Both the position numbers and the translations under genes were made by a program. The notes beneath the pieces are model-generated. The model saw only the letters and a list, made by a program, of their open reading frames with translations. It had not been told where the DNA came from and did no database searches. DNA of 64,000 nucleotides from Octopus sinensis (lineage: Eukaryota): contig NC_042997.1 of the NCBI RefSeq assembly GCF_006345805.1, positions 56,606,001-56,670,000 of the forward strand, read 5' to 3'. The first letter of the stretch is position 1; each line of letters starts with the position of its first letter. Below are positions 24,890-36,505 of the stretch, in pieces.

Positions 24890-27676
24890 TCATTTGTATG
24901 ATCTAGAGTTATTGCCTCTATATTGATCATACTGATCAGTCCACCCACTTTTGTTTCTATTTTGGTTATAACCATAGTTTCCACCACCTCGTGGATTATT
25001 AAATCTTCTGTTATATCCTCCACCTCCTCTGTTCTGTTGCCTATAACCTCCTCCTCCTCCTCCTCCTCCATAACGATTTCCAGAGTAACCACTGTTGTTG
25101 TAATTGTCATTGTTCCAATTCATCAACATTGGAGGAGGATTATTATAATTTCTTCCTTGATATAACTCCAAAGGTGGGGGAATCCTAGCACCATCTCCAG
25201 AGTAGCCTTGTTGTGTAGGTTGATTCGGCTGATTGGTACTGTGGCGTATCATTCGTACCATTGCATTAACATCTGTGTCACGGTACCCAGAGTTTCTCTG
25301 AAATCCTAATTGAGGTCTATATGGCTGATTACGATTTTTTCTATCATAGTCAGATGGTTTGACTGTTGGTGGTGGGAAAACAGCATTAGGTAAAACTTTA
25401 GCAGAAAACAAAAAGTCATCACCATAATGTGGGTCAGCAAAATATACACACAATGCTTGGTTTTTAAAATCCTTCAATTTTGAAAGAGGTGAGAAGAAAG
25501 TGTGGCCTGGTAAAACAGCAGTGTTATCACACCAAACAGTGCCTGCCATACCTTCAGCTAACTTTGGATTAATCTGTGATTTCACATTATATTGATTTTG
25601 CTCGTATAAAGAATCAAAGTAACTGTGAATTGGATTTTTACAACCAACAAACAATCGGTCACTACCTCTGGTATTCCTAAGTTTTTCTTCACCTGTAAGA
25701 TCATCATAAACACTGCTAAGAGCTTTCTTTAGCCTAATTTCATCAACAAAAGGAAGAAGAGCTACTCCTTGCCAAGCATATTTCTTGCCATTAAGATCAA
25801 CTTTAAAATCGATAGGATAAAAGTCAATAACTGGAGAATCTTCATCAACCATCAATCGTTGCCAAGTAACAGGTAAGAATTGACGACTAGCTGCTGGAAA
25901 AACTCCCATTAGCTGTTCTAAAGGTTTAAATGGTTCAGTGTTTTTTTCAAATTCATTTGATAGATCACCTACATTCAAAAAATCTGAGGCAAATGGTGCA
26001 TAATGATATGGAAAATACCACTTCCAACTGGCACATCCTTGATAGTAGTATCTCAAAACCCAACAGAGTCCACGTACATAATGATTAGCAACTTGATGCC
26101 GAAAAGCAACATCATCCTTATCAACATCAAATTTTGACTTATAATACCTGTCCTTCCAACCACTTTCCCAGAGTTTTACTTCATCTGCTGGCTCATCATC
26201 TTCTTCATCTTCATGCTTACGTTTGTTAGATTGGCTTCGTTCAGATTCATTTCTGGAAAAATTATCAGAGTGATTCTGTTTTGAACCATATGTCATTTTA
26301 CGCATATCTGCTGCTGTTTGACGAGGATTTTGAATTGCGTCCCTATTACTTCCAACTGCTGCTGGGGCATATTGTCCTCCAAGCATCCACTTGGGCTTTT
26401 CCCCAAATTTAGGTCTCTTATTTTGTTTTTCTCGGCGCCGATATTCAAGATCTTTTTGACGACGATTTTTGAAAATTTCATCTTCGACTTTTCCCAACTC
26501 TGACAATACAAATTGTACTCTATCCAACTTTACCACACCATCCTCAGTCAGATATCCTCCAGTTTTGTAAACACACCTTTTATAAATGCCAACAAGACGG
26601 TCAATAGCTCCCTCTCTGATTTCCAATGATGGCAGATGAGGTAAGAAATCATTACCAACAAAAAAGCACATGAAGACCCAGTCATCGACAGCTCGTTCAA
26701 AATCGTATTTAAAGGGGAGCCCATCCATATGGAGTTGTTGTTGTAAGTGTTCTCTTAATACACACAATCGGATAAAAATGAATTCTTGTTCTGAACCAAG
26801 TGCTTTTGCAAGTGGTTTGTCACATTCTTCTTTTGGTAACCCAACACATTCTTTCATTTCATGCCCTAACTGCCCACATAGCTCACATGGTCTGGGTTGA
26901 TTATACTTGAATTCTTCTCTTATTATAGTAAAATGTGGTTCATGTGTTGCCAGTCCCAACATTATCAAATCAGCGTCGGCTCCACAGAGACAGTGATGCG
27001 TATTTGGATCATGGTCAGGTTGGGCTCTCTGTCGTCGAATATAATCCATAATTTTATGTTCTCCTTCTCCTGGAACATTTGCATCAGAAAGAATTACTTT
27101 GATGTTTTCCCATCCAGGCGAATTATTTAAACGATCGTGGACATAATAGCGAAGACATTCAGCAAGACGAAACATAAATGGAGTACCTGGAGTAATACAA
27201 TTACTATCGAATCTTTCACCTTTTTCTTTCGGTGGTGGTAAATGGAAGCCTTTAGACAAAACTTCGTCTCGTAGTTTAGATTTCTCTACTTCACTTTCAA
27301 CTGCTTCCTTGGAAGAACGAAATCTCCGCGAACGCTGCTGGTTCATTTTTGCACGTGGAGCCACGCCATCGATGGCCATATACAAAAGCTTACGTGGTCG
27401 GCAAATGTTAAAAATTCTATCGATATATTCAAAAATATCAATCATCATTTCATCTTCATTTGCGGGAGCAGGTTTGTTTTCAGGGTGACAACATGGATGA
27501 ATAATGCCGTTCATATCTAAATATAGGTTATCAAATTCAACATCGTTCGGGTTCGGTTTACTAGGGTCTACTGGTACTGTTGTGTCATCAATCTCTTTTG
27601 GCTTCTCTTCCACACAATGTACAACAATTGACGTATACTTACGGCTTAGCCATCTGAAAAATGCTGGAACTCCCAT
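24890..27676 (-). CDS. XRN2: 5'-3' exoribonuclease 2 (Rat1/XRN2), single-exon ORF, 928 aa
   Basis: Uninterrupted ORF starting MGVPAFFRWLSRKY. XRN active-site motifs LYLDMNGIIH, AIDGVAPRAKMNQQRSRRF, PGEGEHKI, GADADLIMLGL and FFVGNDFLPHLP are present. It has the XRN2-type CCHC knuckle CELCGQLGHEMKEC and a C-terminal G/N/R/Y-rich low-complexity tail. Confidence 0.97.
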   Translation of the reverse strand: MGVPAFFRWLSRKYTSIVVHCVEEKPKEIDDTTVPVDPSKPNPNDVEFDNLYLDMNGIIHPCCHPENKPAPANEDEMMIDIFEYIDRIFNICRPRKLLYMAIDGVAPRAKMNQQRSRRFRSSKEAVESEVEKSKLRDEVLSKGFHLPPPKEKGERFDSNCITPGTPFMFRLAECLRYYVHDRLNNSPGWENIKVILSDANVPGEGEHKIMDYIRRQRAQPDHDPNTHHCLCGADADLIMLGLATHEPHFTIIREEFKYNQPRPCELCGQLGHEMKECVGLPKEECDKPLAKALGSEQEFIFIRLCVLREHLQQQLHMDGLPFKYDFERAVDDWVFMCFFVGNDFLPHLPSLEIREGAIDRLVGIYKRCVYKTGGYLTEDGVVKLDRVQFVLSELGKVEDEIFKNRRQKDLEYRRREKQNKRPKFGEKPKWMLGGQYAPAAVGSNRDAIQNPRQTAADMRKMTYGSKQNHSDNFSRNESERSQSNKRKHEDEEDDEPADEVKLWESGWKDRYYKSKFDVDKDDVAFRHQVANHYVRGLCWVLRYYYQGCASWKWYFPYHYAPFASDFLNVGDLSNEFEKNTEPFKPLEQLMGVFPAASRQFLPVTWQRLMVDEDSPVIDFYPIDFKVDLNGKKYAWQGVALLPFVDEIRLKKALSSVYDDLTGEEKLRNTRGSDRLFVGCKNPIHSYFDSLYEQNQYNVKSQINPKLAEGMAGTVWCDNTAVLPGHTFFSPLSKLKDFKNQALCVYFADPHYGDDFLFSAKVLPNAVFPPPTVKPSDYDRKNRNQPYRPQLGFQRNSGYRDTDVNAMVRMIRHSTNQPNQPTQQGYSGDGARIPPPLELYQGRNYNNPPPMLMNWNNDNYNNSGYSGNRYGGGGGGGGYRQQNRGGGGYNRRFNNPRGGGNYGYNQNRNKSGWTDQYDQYRGNNSRSYK

Positions 27677-27689
27677 GTTTGATTAACAA

Positions 27690-27800
27690 AATTCTTAACA
27701 AACAGCGTAACTTTAAATCGCAACGCTCAAGTTACGATAAACAATGGCTGTTTATACATTTCCGGTATCCATGGGCGAAAAGCTAACTTCCGTTTAATTC
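27690..27800 (-). promoter_or_regulatory. Putative XRN2 proximal promoter/5'UTR
   Basis: CpG-containing stretch directly upstream of the ATG with two ETS-like cores (tttccgg near 27760, acttccg near 27786). Confidence 0.35.
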
Positions 27801-28879
27801 TGCAGTTAAGTTTCTTAAAACATTAATATCCATATTTTTGTGTGTATGCATGCACGTTAATTCTTATTTTAAAATATATTGGAATAAAAAAAAATTATTT
27901 ATGTATACATACTGAATTTTTTATTTATCTATTTACAAAAAACCTTATCTGTATTAATGGAACGAAGTGTCAACTTTTAAGGGAACATTAAATGAAATTG
28001 GTGGCGGGAAGAGTTGCATTGCTCAATCAACTTATGCGGTTATTATTTCAACAACTAAGTCTATATTGCGCTAACAATATTAGCTACGTATAATTTTGTA
28101 TAGGATTTTCTTTCAGATTTTTGATTTTACAAAGGTGTGCAATAATTTTTATGATATCGCAGAATAAATAATAGTACATTGTTTGCTAACCGATATCATT
28201 TGAAATAATTTCTAATCAATTAGAATAGTATTTGATGAAAGAGGTTTCCACGAATTTTTGGTAAGTGAAACTGGCTTAATGTGATACCTGTTTTTGGAAG
28301 TAAAATGAAATATTTTCAACTGTGACCAAGGCCTAACTTTTTCGGTTGACCTAGAAACAGCGTCCACGTCTCCCTTAAATTTTAAAAGAAGGCAAGAACA
28401 CAAATAATGCACTCCTAGATACTCTCTCCTCCGAAAATAAAGTGATCATATATCTCGTTAAATCATGTTAATACAGCAGGTAAATCAAACCTTGCCGTCT
28501 TGTATATAGACAAGACCGAAGGAGGTAAACAATACGTACACCACGCGCTTTCAGCGTAATAAAAACCCTAATCCTAACCCTAAACACCGGGTGTATGTAT
28601 TCTTTACTTTCGCAGACAAGACCAATAGATATTATGGGTCTATGTATCTCTAAAAAACGGTATGGTAATAGTTGAAAAGCCTTTAATCATTGGCCTCTTC
28701 GATAATGTTGATCTGGTGGTTAAAAAATACATAATAATCAAGAACTACAATGCTCAGTTTTCTTTGCTCGTAGTGGTTTACTATAAAATTTCTCTTACAT
28801 CTTAATCATCATCTCCCCAGTAAGGTAACATGATTTATTTTTAATAAATAATTCAAACCACTGAGGCAAAGTACTTGGA

Positions 28880-29250
28880 GACGCCATCCGCATGGAAAAA
28901 AATAGTTACATTTTTGTTGGCATATTTTAAGTAATAAGCATCTACAAATTTCACTTTTTGAATTCAAGAAGACACCTAAATTGTGTGAATTTTTTAGGAT
29001 CATTGTCCTCTCAGCCAAACAAAGTTTGTACTGTCTGGTTCTGTTGAGATACCACTCTAGTTGTTCCAGCAGCTTCCAGTTAATTTTATATAGTATTTCC
29101 TCAGCTTTTAAATGCCATATATAGCTGGCCAATGTTGTAACATTATGCCTCTCGGGGGACATAAAAGAGGACTTGTGGTTATTTAGTCTGGTCTAACATA
29201 TTGCTGCTCCAACATATTTTCATGTATGTGTCCTTACATTGTTGCTGTTA
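28880..29250 (-). mobile_element. Penelope-like element C-terminal (GIY-YIG region) remnant
   Basis: INWKLLEQ...QYKLCLAERTMILK...FLNSKSEICRC resembles the W-I...CxLCLxEK...LNxRSE motif at PLE 3' ends. Confidence 0.45.
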
Positions 29251-29504
29251 CTGTTGAACACCACCTCTGCTTTGCAGATGCACTTCTTGAAGCTTGTCAT
29301 TGATATGTACACTTTTGTCTTGTGCTTGAAGGAAATTTGCACCTTAATATATAAGAATAATGAATAATATAGTCACTGATCTTGCAGAATGCTTTCTGAG
29401 TTGTAAAAAAACTTGATGATCACAAGTGAAACAACTGTTTTCAATTTTAGGATGGAGGTATACAGAGTTAATTTAAGCAGAAGTTCCAGTTATACCATCT
29501 AGCA

Positions 29505-29702
29505 CAGTGGTTCCCAAACTTTTTAGAGTTGCGACCCACTATTTATCACACCAGTTTATGACGACCCACTTATAAGTCTTGAACTATCTCGATAAACAGC
29601 AGTTAATCAAAGCTAATGCGTAATTTTATAACTTTTTGCGACATACTAAGATTCCATTCGCGACCCATCTGTGGGTCGCGACTCATAGTTTGGGAACCAC
29701 TG
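29505..29702. mobile_element. hAT (Charlie-type) MITE, 198 bp
   Basis: TIRs CAGTGGTTCCCAAAC / GTTTGGGAACCACTG, perfect 8-bp TSD atctagca (29497-29504, 29703-29710), subterminal gcgaccca repeats. Confidence 0.93.
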
Positions 29703-29759
29703 ATCTAGCATGTCTACTCAAGAAGCCAAGAGACAACACACTGTAAATTTGCTTCATGC

Positions 29760-30620
29760 CAGGGTTGCAGTTAGATGTGTTGCTGGGAGGCATCAAGAGA
29801 AAGCAAGGAAGCAGAGGCATAAATATAAAATAGGATAATGCATTTCTTAAATCTCTCAAAGCCAAAATTTCAAAAGACCCAACAACATCCATGAGAAAAC
29901 TGTCCATGGACATGAAAGTTGATCGAAAGACCATCAGAACACTGATTTACAGTTGGGGGTCATATGTGAGGAACCTGAGACACATATTGACCCATGCAAT
30001 GAAAGCCAGAGGGGATGAAAGGGCCAAAAATGTGTTGCGATATCAGAAGCACAATGGACAAACTGTTGAAATCTTTTCAGATGAAAAAATCTTTACCGTT
30101 GATACTGTTTTAAACCGTTGCCATGATCGATACATTGCTAAGTCACCTTCTGAAGTAAAGGGTGTCTTTAGGACCAAGTACCTAGCTCAAGTCATGGCGT
30201 CTGTTGGAAAAAAGATGCCTCTCCATTTTTTTCAAGTCTGGGGAAAAGGTGGGGGCTGAAGTTTACTATAAAGTCCTGTGGTATAAGGTGTTGCCTTGGC
30301 TGAAGTCTAACTACCCGATGGTAATTATTTGTGGACCCAAGATGGTGCTCCTGCTCATATGGCAATGGAAGTGCAGAAATTCTGCTAAGACAACTTTGCT
30401 GACTTTTCGCCTGCTGACTTCTGGCCTTCTTCCAGCCCAGACTTGAATCCCCTGGACTATACCATATGAGGCAAATTGGAGCACTCTACCAACAGAACTT
30501 TGTATCCAAGTGTTGATCATCTTAAGAAAAATGTCCTGGCACAAATGTCAGAGTATTTCATCATGAAAAGTTGTGATGACTTGAGGCAGCATATGAAGGT
30601 GGACACATTGAATAAATTGT
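29760..30620 (+). mobile_element. Defective DD37D (maT-type) Tc1/mariner transposase
   Basis: SMRKLSMDMKVDRKTIR...FSDEKIFTVD...QDGAPAH-...-WPSSSPDLNPLD. 37 residues counted between the 2nd and 3rd Asp. Stops and frameshifts present. Confidence 0.85.
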
Positions 30621-31051
30621 CTCTTTATACACCTATAAACTTGTGTTAAAATTATATTTACATCAGGTTGCTGGTTGATTATAAAATTAACAATTTGGTT
30701 AATTATCTATTATTTCCAAGATTTGGTTCCCCATGCTGCTGTAGTGTTTATCTGAGAGAAAATCTTGTCATAGACATGTTAAAAACAATGTATATTAAAG
30801 TGAAATAAGCATCATCATAGAATGACTCATGGGAACATTAGACACATTTCACTTTCCTTGGGAGCTTGTCAATAATACGTACTAATTTGTCAAGTGCTTG
30901 AATGAAATTCATGTCCTGATATGCAAAAAAACACGGTGGAGCAGAGAGGATGGACGTTTTTGAAATGGCTATTACTCAGCCTCAGGAGGAGGGACATAGG
31001 TCTGCCAGGACCATGGTGTCTTAGCATTTTTTATTCTTTTCAGGTGAAGCC

Positions 31052-32125
31052 ATGGTGCTGTGGATGATAGAGCATCACACGTTTGTCTACAACAGTTACA
31101 TGAAGAATACCAAGTCTATCATAGCAGTTCAGCGTATGATTTGGCACCGCTTCAACATTCACCGAAATTAGGCTGTTCTGACCTATAACACAACCTGACA
31201 TTGGATGAATGCACTTCATACACAAGGTACACTAATGAATAGGAGGCTGGCGGGAGCATCACAAGCAGTACAGATCCTGGAAAATGTGGAACGTGTCAGA
31301 CAAGTTTTGAGATGGAGTCTGAATCACTCTACTTCAAGGCATTCCACTGAACTTAGCATCGGTAATCATGCAGTAAGGTGTATTTTGCATGAAGATCTGC
31401 ATTTCTACCTGTACAAATTGGTCATTGGGCAACAGTTGAAATCATGGGACTATGCACAGCAGCTTAACTTCACATGTCAGATGGAAGCAATTTTTGAGGC
31501 AAATGACAATCTCATTTTGTTAATGAGTGATGAAGCTCATTCAGTGGCATGGTGAATTAACAGAACTGTCGTTATTGGGCTCTTGAAAATCTGAGAGAAC
31601 TGCACAAAAGACCACTGCACAGCCCAAAAGTGACGGTTTGGTGTGCTGTTGGAAAAGCTGCCATCAGTGGTCCTTACCTTTTTGAAGACAATAATGGAAA
31701 TGCTGTTACTATGAACTCTGAGCATTACATTGAGATGATAAACAACTTCTTTGAGCCTGAATTACGATGAAGATGCATGTTTATTTGGCGTGTGCGGTTT
31801 GAGCAGGATGGGGTTATGGCCCACACAGCCAGAACATCAATGGACGTTCTTTGCCCTCTCTTCGGTGACCACCTCATTTCCAGGTTTGCTGACATTCCTT
31901 AGCTCCCTTGGTCCTTTGATTTGTTCATGTGTGATTATTTCTTGTGAGGAAACCTCAAGGTATAAGCTCTATACATTGGACAATTTGAAGGAAACTATTT
32001 GCCTGGAAGTCACCCAAATCAACAGAGTAATGCTGGAGAGAGTGGAAGCCAACGGCTGAGAACACCTTCTGAAATGCATCAATGAAAACAGGCACTACAT
32101 GATGGATGTTGTTTTCCACACTAAT
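31052..32125 (+). mobile_element. Defective DD41D (rosa/VS-type) Tc1/mariner transposase
   Basis: N-terminal HTH region, MSDEAH, PLHSPKVTVWCA, QDGVMAHTA...DLFMCD. 41 residues counted between the 2nd and 3rd Asp. Stops and frameshifts present. Confidence 0.85.
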
Positions 32126-32993
32126 TCTACACCAAGTCCTTCCTTCGCAGGCCTTTATCAATCTAGAATTCCCTCTCTGCTCATGATTTTTCAGCAGGAA
32201 TTGACTTATAATAAAGTTACAAAAGGAATATTAATGGTGTTAATCTCACTGGTGTCAGAGGTCTGTAAAGACCATGGGCACCTCATCTTTCTCCAAACAC
32301 AACACTAAATATAAAATATAAACACACAGTAAAATAATTTTATTGTTATTTAGAAATACCATAAACATCATTGCAAATATAAAATTAGCCTTATTAGAGT
32401 TACCTTGGCATGATATATTCAATTTTAGATCATTAGAAATAGTAATACCTAGATCCATGATACAGGAAAACAGGAGTAGAATATAATTCATATTGTTTGT
32501 GAATGTTACCATGCCTTGATTATTAAAAACATAGTGATTGGATATAGCAATTTTGAAGTGAAGTAAATTTATTCAATTAACTTTTTAAAATAGTTGTTTA
32601 GTTCAACACACGAAGTATATTGATGAATAAAAATAATTGACATCATCAACATATAATTTTAATGAGGATGATGTGGTAATGGAGTCCACATCATAGATAT
32701 AATGGAAACGAGAATTGGGTCCAAAAGAGTGCTGTGAGTGACTATCCTTTCTAACTGGATAATTTGGAGAACTAATTTTGATAGAAACAACTTGGGTACT
32801 ATTTGATGAATGATCTTTTACCCAATTCACAATTTATAAGAGTTTTTTTTTTTGTGTGAGTAACTAATTGAATTAAAATCTTTGGAATATTAATACAAAG
32901 TATATTAGTTGTATAATTATTATGAATTTCTTTTGTACAAATATCAAAACATGAGAGGAGTTGTGTGATTTAGTAAGAAGTCATGCAGGTTAA

Positions 32994-34005
32994 TTGAATG
33001 TGAAAGTGATCTGGGCATTACTATCAGCAGCGATTTGCGCTGGACAAAGCACATCTCTGAAATTGTCAAGAATTGCTGAGGGTGTCTTGCCATCACTCAG
33101 CAAGATCTTTGTCAGCCACTCTCCAGCTATCTATTTAAAGCTGTATATGGCTATGGTGCGGCCACACTTGGAATTTGCATCACCAATCTGGAATCCCTAC
33201 CTTGCTCAGAACATTAACCTCCCGGAAACTGTTCAGAGACGTGCAATCAAGTAAATACCTTCCATCAGGCATCTACCATATTCTCAACGCCTTGCTTCCT
33301 TGGGCATAGACACGTTGAAGCTCTGATGTCTGGCAACTGACTTAGTAAACACCCATAAAATACCAACCATCGCACCAACAACCACCCTGAACACCTTTTG
33401 AGCTCCATGTGTCTAACATATATGTTTCTTCACTACCCACAAGGGGCTAAACACAGAGAGAACAAACAAGGACAGACAAACGGATTAAGTCGATTATATC
33501 GACCCCAGTGCGTAACTGGTACTTAATTTATCAACCCCGAAAGGATGAAAGGCAAAGTCGACCTTGGTGGAATTTGAACTCAGAACGTAACGACAGACGA
33601 AATACCGCTTAGCATTTCGCCCGGCGTCCTTACGTTTCTGCCAGCTCGCCGTCTTGTGTCTAACATATATGGGCATACCCTACAAAGTCAGAAAACAACA
33701 CAGCTCCCATGACTTTCGGAAACATTTTTTCACACTCAGAGTTGTTGAAGCATGGAACAAACTACCTGCATCAGTTGTTAGTTGCCAAGACATTACATCC
33801 TTTAAAACCGCCATGCTTCCTGAAATTTGTCAACACTACACCTGATATTCCTCACTCCATATACATGCATGCATGTATATCATGACTCGTACGCTGTTCA
33901 CTTTCCTGACTTTTGTACATAATTCTATGTACTGCACATGCACCTTTGATGAGTTGTAGTGCACCTGAACACTACACAATAATTTCATTATTATCATTAT
34001 AAAAG
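32994..34005 (+). mobile_element. 3' fragment of the same CR1-type LINE family as 5070-6480, interrupted by a SINE
   Basis: LYMAMVRPHLEFASPIWNPY...YKVRKQHSSHDFRKHFFTLRVVEAWNKLPASVV matches the 349-aa ORF, with the same 3'UTR. Confidence 0.88.
33425..33654 (-). mobile_element. tRNA-derived SINE (family A) with 17-bp TSD
   Basis: Head ggcgagctggcagaaacg, B-box gagttcaaattcc, TSD tgtgtctaacatatatg at 33408-33424 and 33655-33671. Confidence 0.9.
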
Positions 34006-34189
34006 TTTGTGTTAAATTATTCAAAAGTTTTATGCAAATATCAAAAAAAAAAAAAAAGGTGGGGATTTACTTCATATATTTAGTAAAATAGCCCTGTTTT
34101 TTTTTTAAATCAGAAACTAAATTCTTTTAGTACATTCTTTTGGCAATTTTCCAAATAGAAGGAAAAATATTCAAAAATGTTCAGAGATA

Positions 34190-35482
34190 CGAGGGACGTT
34201 CAATAAGTAATGCCTCTGACCCACTTGAAGTTGTTTGATCTAGCTGAAATTTTGCATGTGCAATTATTTATATCTCTATAGATTAAGTGGAAAATTACAG
34301 CTCTGAATTAATTGTGGTTTCTGATTTACAGGTGTTTGAACCGAGTCGAGTGTGAAATGGAGCCTGTTGAGTGCCGAGCAGTGATCCGGTTTTTGTATTT
34401 GAAAGGACGCACACCACAGGAGACTTTTGATGAAATGAAAGTAACTTATGGTGATGATGCCCCATCATATGACCTTGTAAAACGCTGGCATCGTGAATTC
34501 AAACATGGTCGGAACTTTGTGGAAACAGCTCCCAGATCTGGTCACCCCCTTCTGCCATTGATGAGGCATCTGTCCGTCAAGTTGAGGCTGCCATTTTGGA
34601 AGATCGATGCATAACTATTCGCCAAATAGCCCATGAGGTCAAGATTAGTACCGGGTCTGTGGAAACTATCATTCATGACCATTTGCATATGAAAAAGGTG
34701 TCTGCCAGATGGATTCCCAAGTTGCTCACACCTTTCCAGAAGCAAGAACGCGTCGAGTGCTTGAGGATGAATTTGGAGATGTGCCAAGAAGATGAGTCAA
34801 AATTTTTCAAAAGACTGATTACACAGGATGAAACCTGAGTCCATCACTATGATTCAGAGATCAAAGCCCAGTCAATGCAGTGGAAGCACCGTGACTCACC
34901 TCCTCCAAAGAAGGCAAGGGTGCAGCCCTCCACTGGCAAGGTCATGCTCACAGTCTTCTGGGACCAGGACGGAGCAGTGATGACAGATTTCCTGGCAAAG
35001 GGTACCACAATTACAGGAGCCTATTATGCTTCACTTTTGAGGAAATTATGAGAAGCTATCAAAATCAAGAGGTGGGGCAAGATCAGCAAAGGCATCCTCC
35101 TCCTGCAGGACAACGCTCCGGTTCACAACTCCCGTGTCGCCAGATCAGAAGCACAGGCATGCTGCTATGAACTCCTCCCCCATCCCCCTACTTTCCTGAC
35201 CTTGCACCCTCTGATTTTCACCTCTTCCCAGCCATGAAGTTTTTTTTTTAAAGGAAAGCATTTCACAGATGATGCAGCCTTGATTTCTAAAGTCACGTCG
35301 TGGTTGGAGGACCAAGCTGGGGTCTTCTACAAAAACGGTCTCCAGCGCTGCATCAAACGATGGCAGAAATGCGTAACTCTGGGTGGTTCCTATGTAGAAA
35401 AAGACTAATAACTGTGCCAAGTTTCGTTGCTCTACTGCTATGGGAAGTGGGTCAGGGGCATTACTTATTGAACGCCCCCTTG
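34190..35482 (+). mobile_element. Full-length but defective DD34D mariner (~1.29 kb)
   Basis: TA flanks and ~33-bp imperfect TIRs (cgagggacgttcaataagtaatgcctctgaccca). Transposase from 34357: MEPVECRAVIRFL...WIPKLLT...QDET...QDNAPVH...PDLAPSDFHLF. Two stops and several frameshifts. Confidence 0.93.
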
Positions 35483-36505
35483 TATTTTCTTCAATTATAA
35501 TTTTAGAAATTAAGAATGGATTGTTTGTGAAAATTATATCTAGTGTGTTAACAATACCATGCGTTGGTTCATTAATATTTTGTACCTTTTACTTGTTTCA
35601 GTCATTAGACTGCAGCCATGCTGAAGAATTTTAGTGGAATGAATTGATCCCAGTACCTTTTTTCATTAAAGCTTGGTACTTATTCCATCAGTCTCTTTTA
35701 CTGAACCAATAAGTTATGGAGATGTAAACACTAACACCAGCTGTCAAGCAACAATGAAGAATAAACAAAGACACACACATATATATACATACATATACAT
35801 ATATACGATGGGCTTTTCTTAGTTGCCATCTACCAAGTCCACTCACAAGACTTTGGTAGACCTGAGGTTATAGTAGAAGACACTTGCCCAAGTTGCCACA
35901 CAGTGGGACTGAACCCAGAACCATGTGGTTGGGAAGCAAACTTCTTACCACATTGATAAAATCTCTCTTCCTGATTACCCTGATTCAGGTCATTTCATTG
36001 TAAGGCTACAAATTGAAGTCTTCAGAAAGAATAGATAAATTATATAAGATTTCTGAATCTTCTAAATCTCTTCATTTCTTATTGGTATAAAGGAAAAAGT
36101 ATAGATTACAATAACGTACAGATTTTATGTAATCATAATTGGAATTAAAAATTTGTTTTTACCATTTCAAACTGTTGCTCAATCTTCACCTTGTCTCAGT
36201 CAGTCTAACCAGAGCTGGATAACATGAAAAAGTTTTCCTTTCATTCAGTGCTGACCATGTCAAGCTTGTTTTTACTTTCATTTGACATGTTCAGTTAATG
36301 CATTATTAGAGGCTTTTGTTAAGGCGGTGAGCTAGTGGAATCATTTGCATGCTGGGCAAATGCTTTGCTGAATTTTGTTTATCTTTATGTTCTGAATTCA
36401 GATCCTGCTGAGGTCAACTTTGCCTTTCATCCTTAAGAGTCAATGAAATAAGTACCAGTTGAGGAATGGGGTCATCAGAAAGGATTATTGTAACCATGAT
36501 AATGG

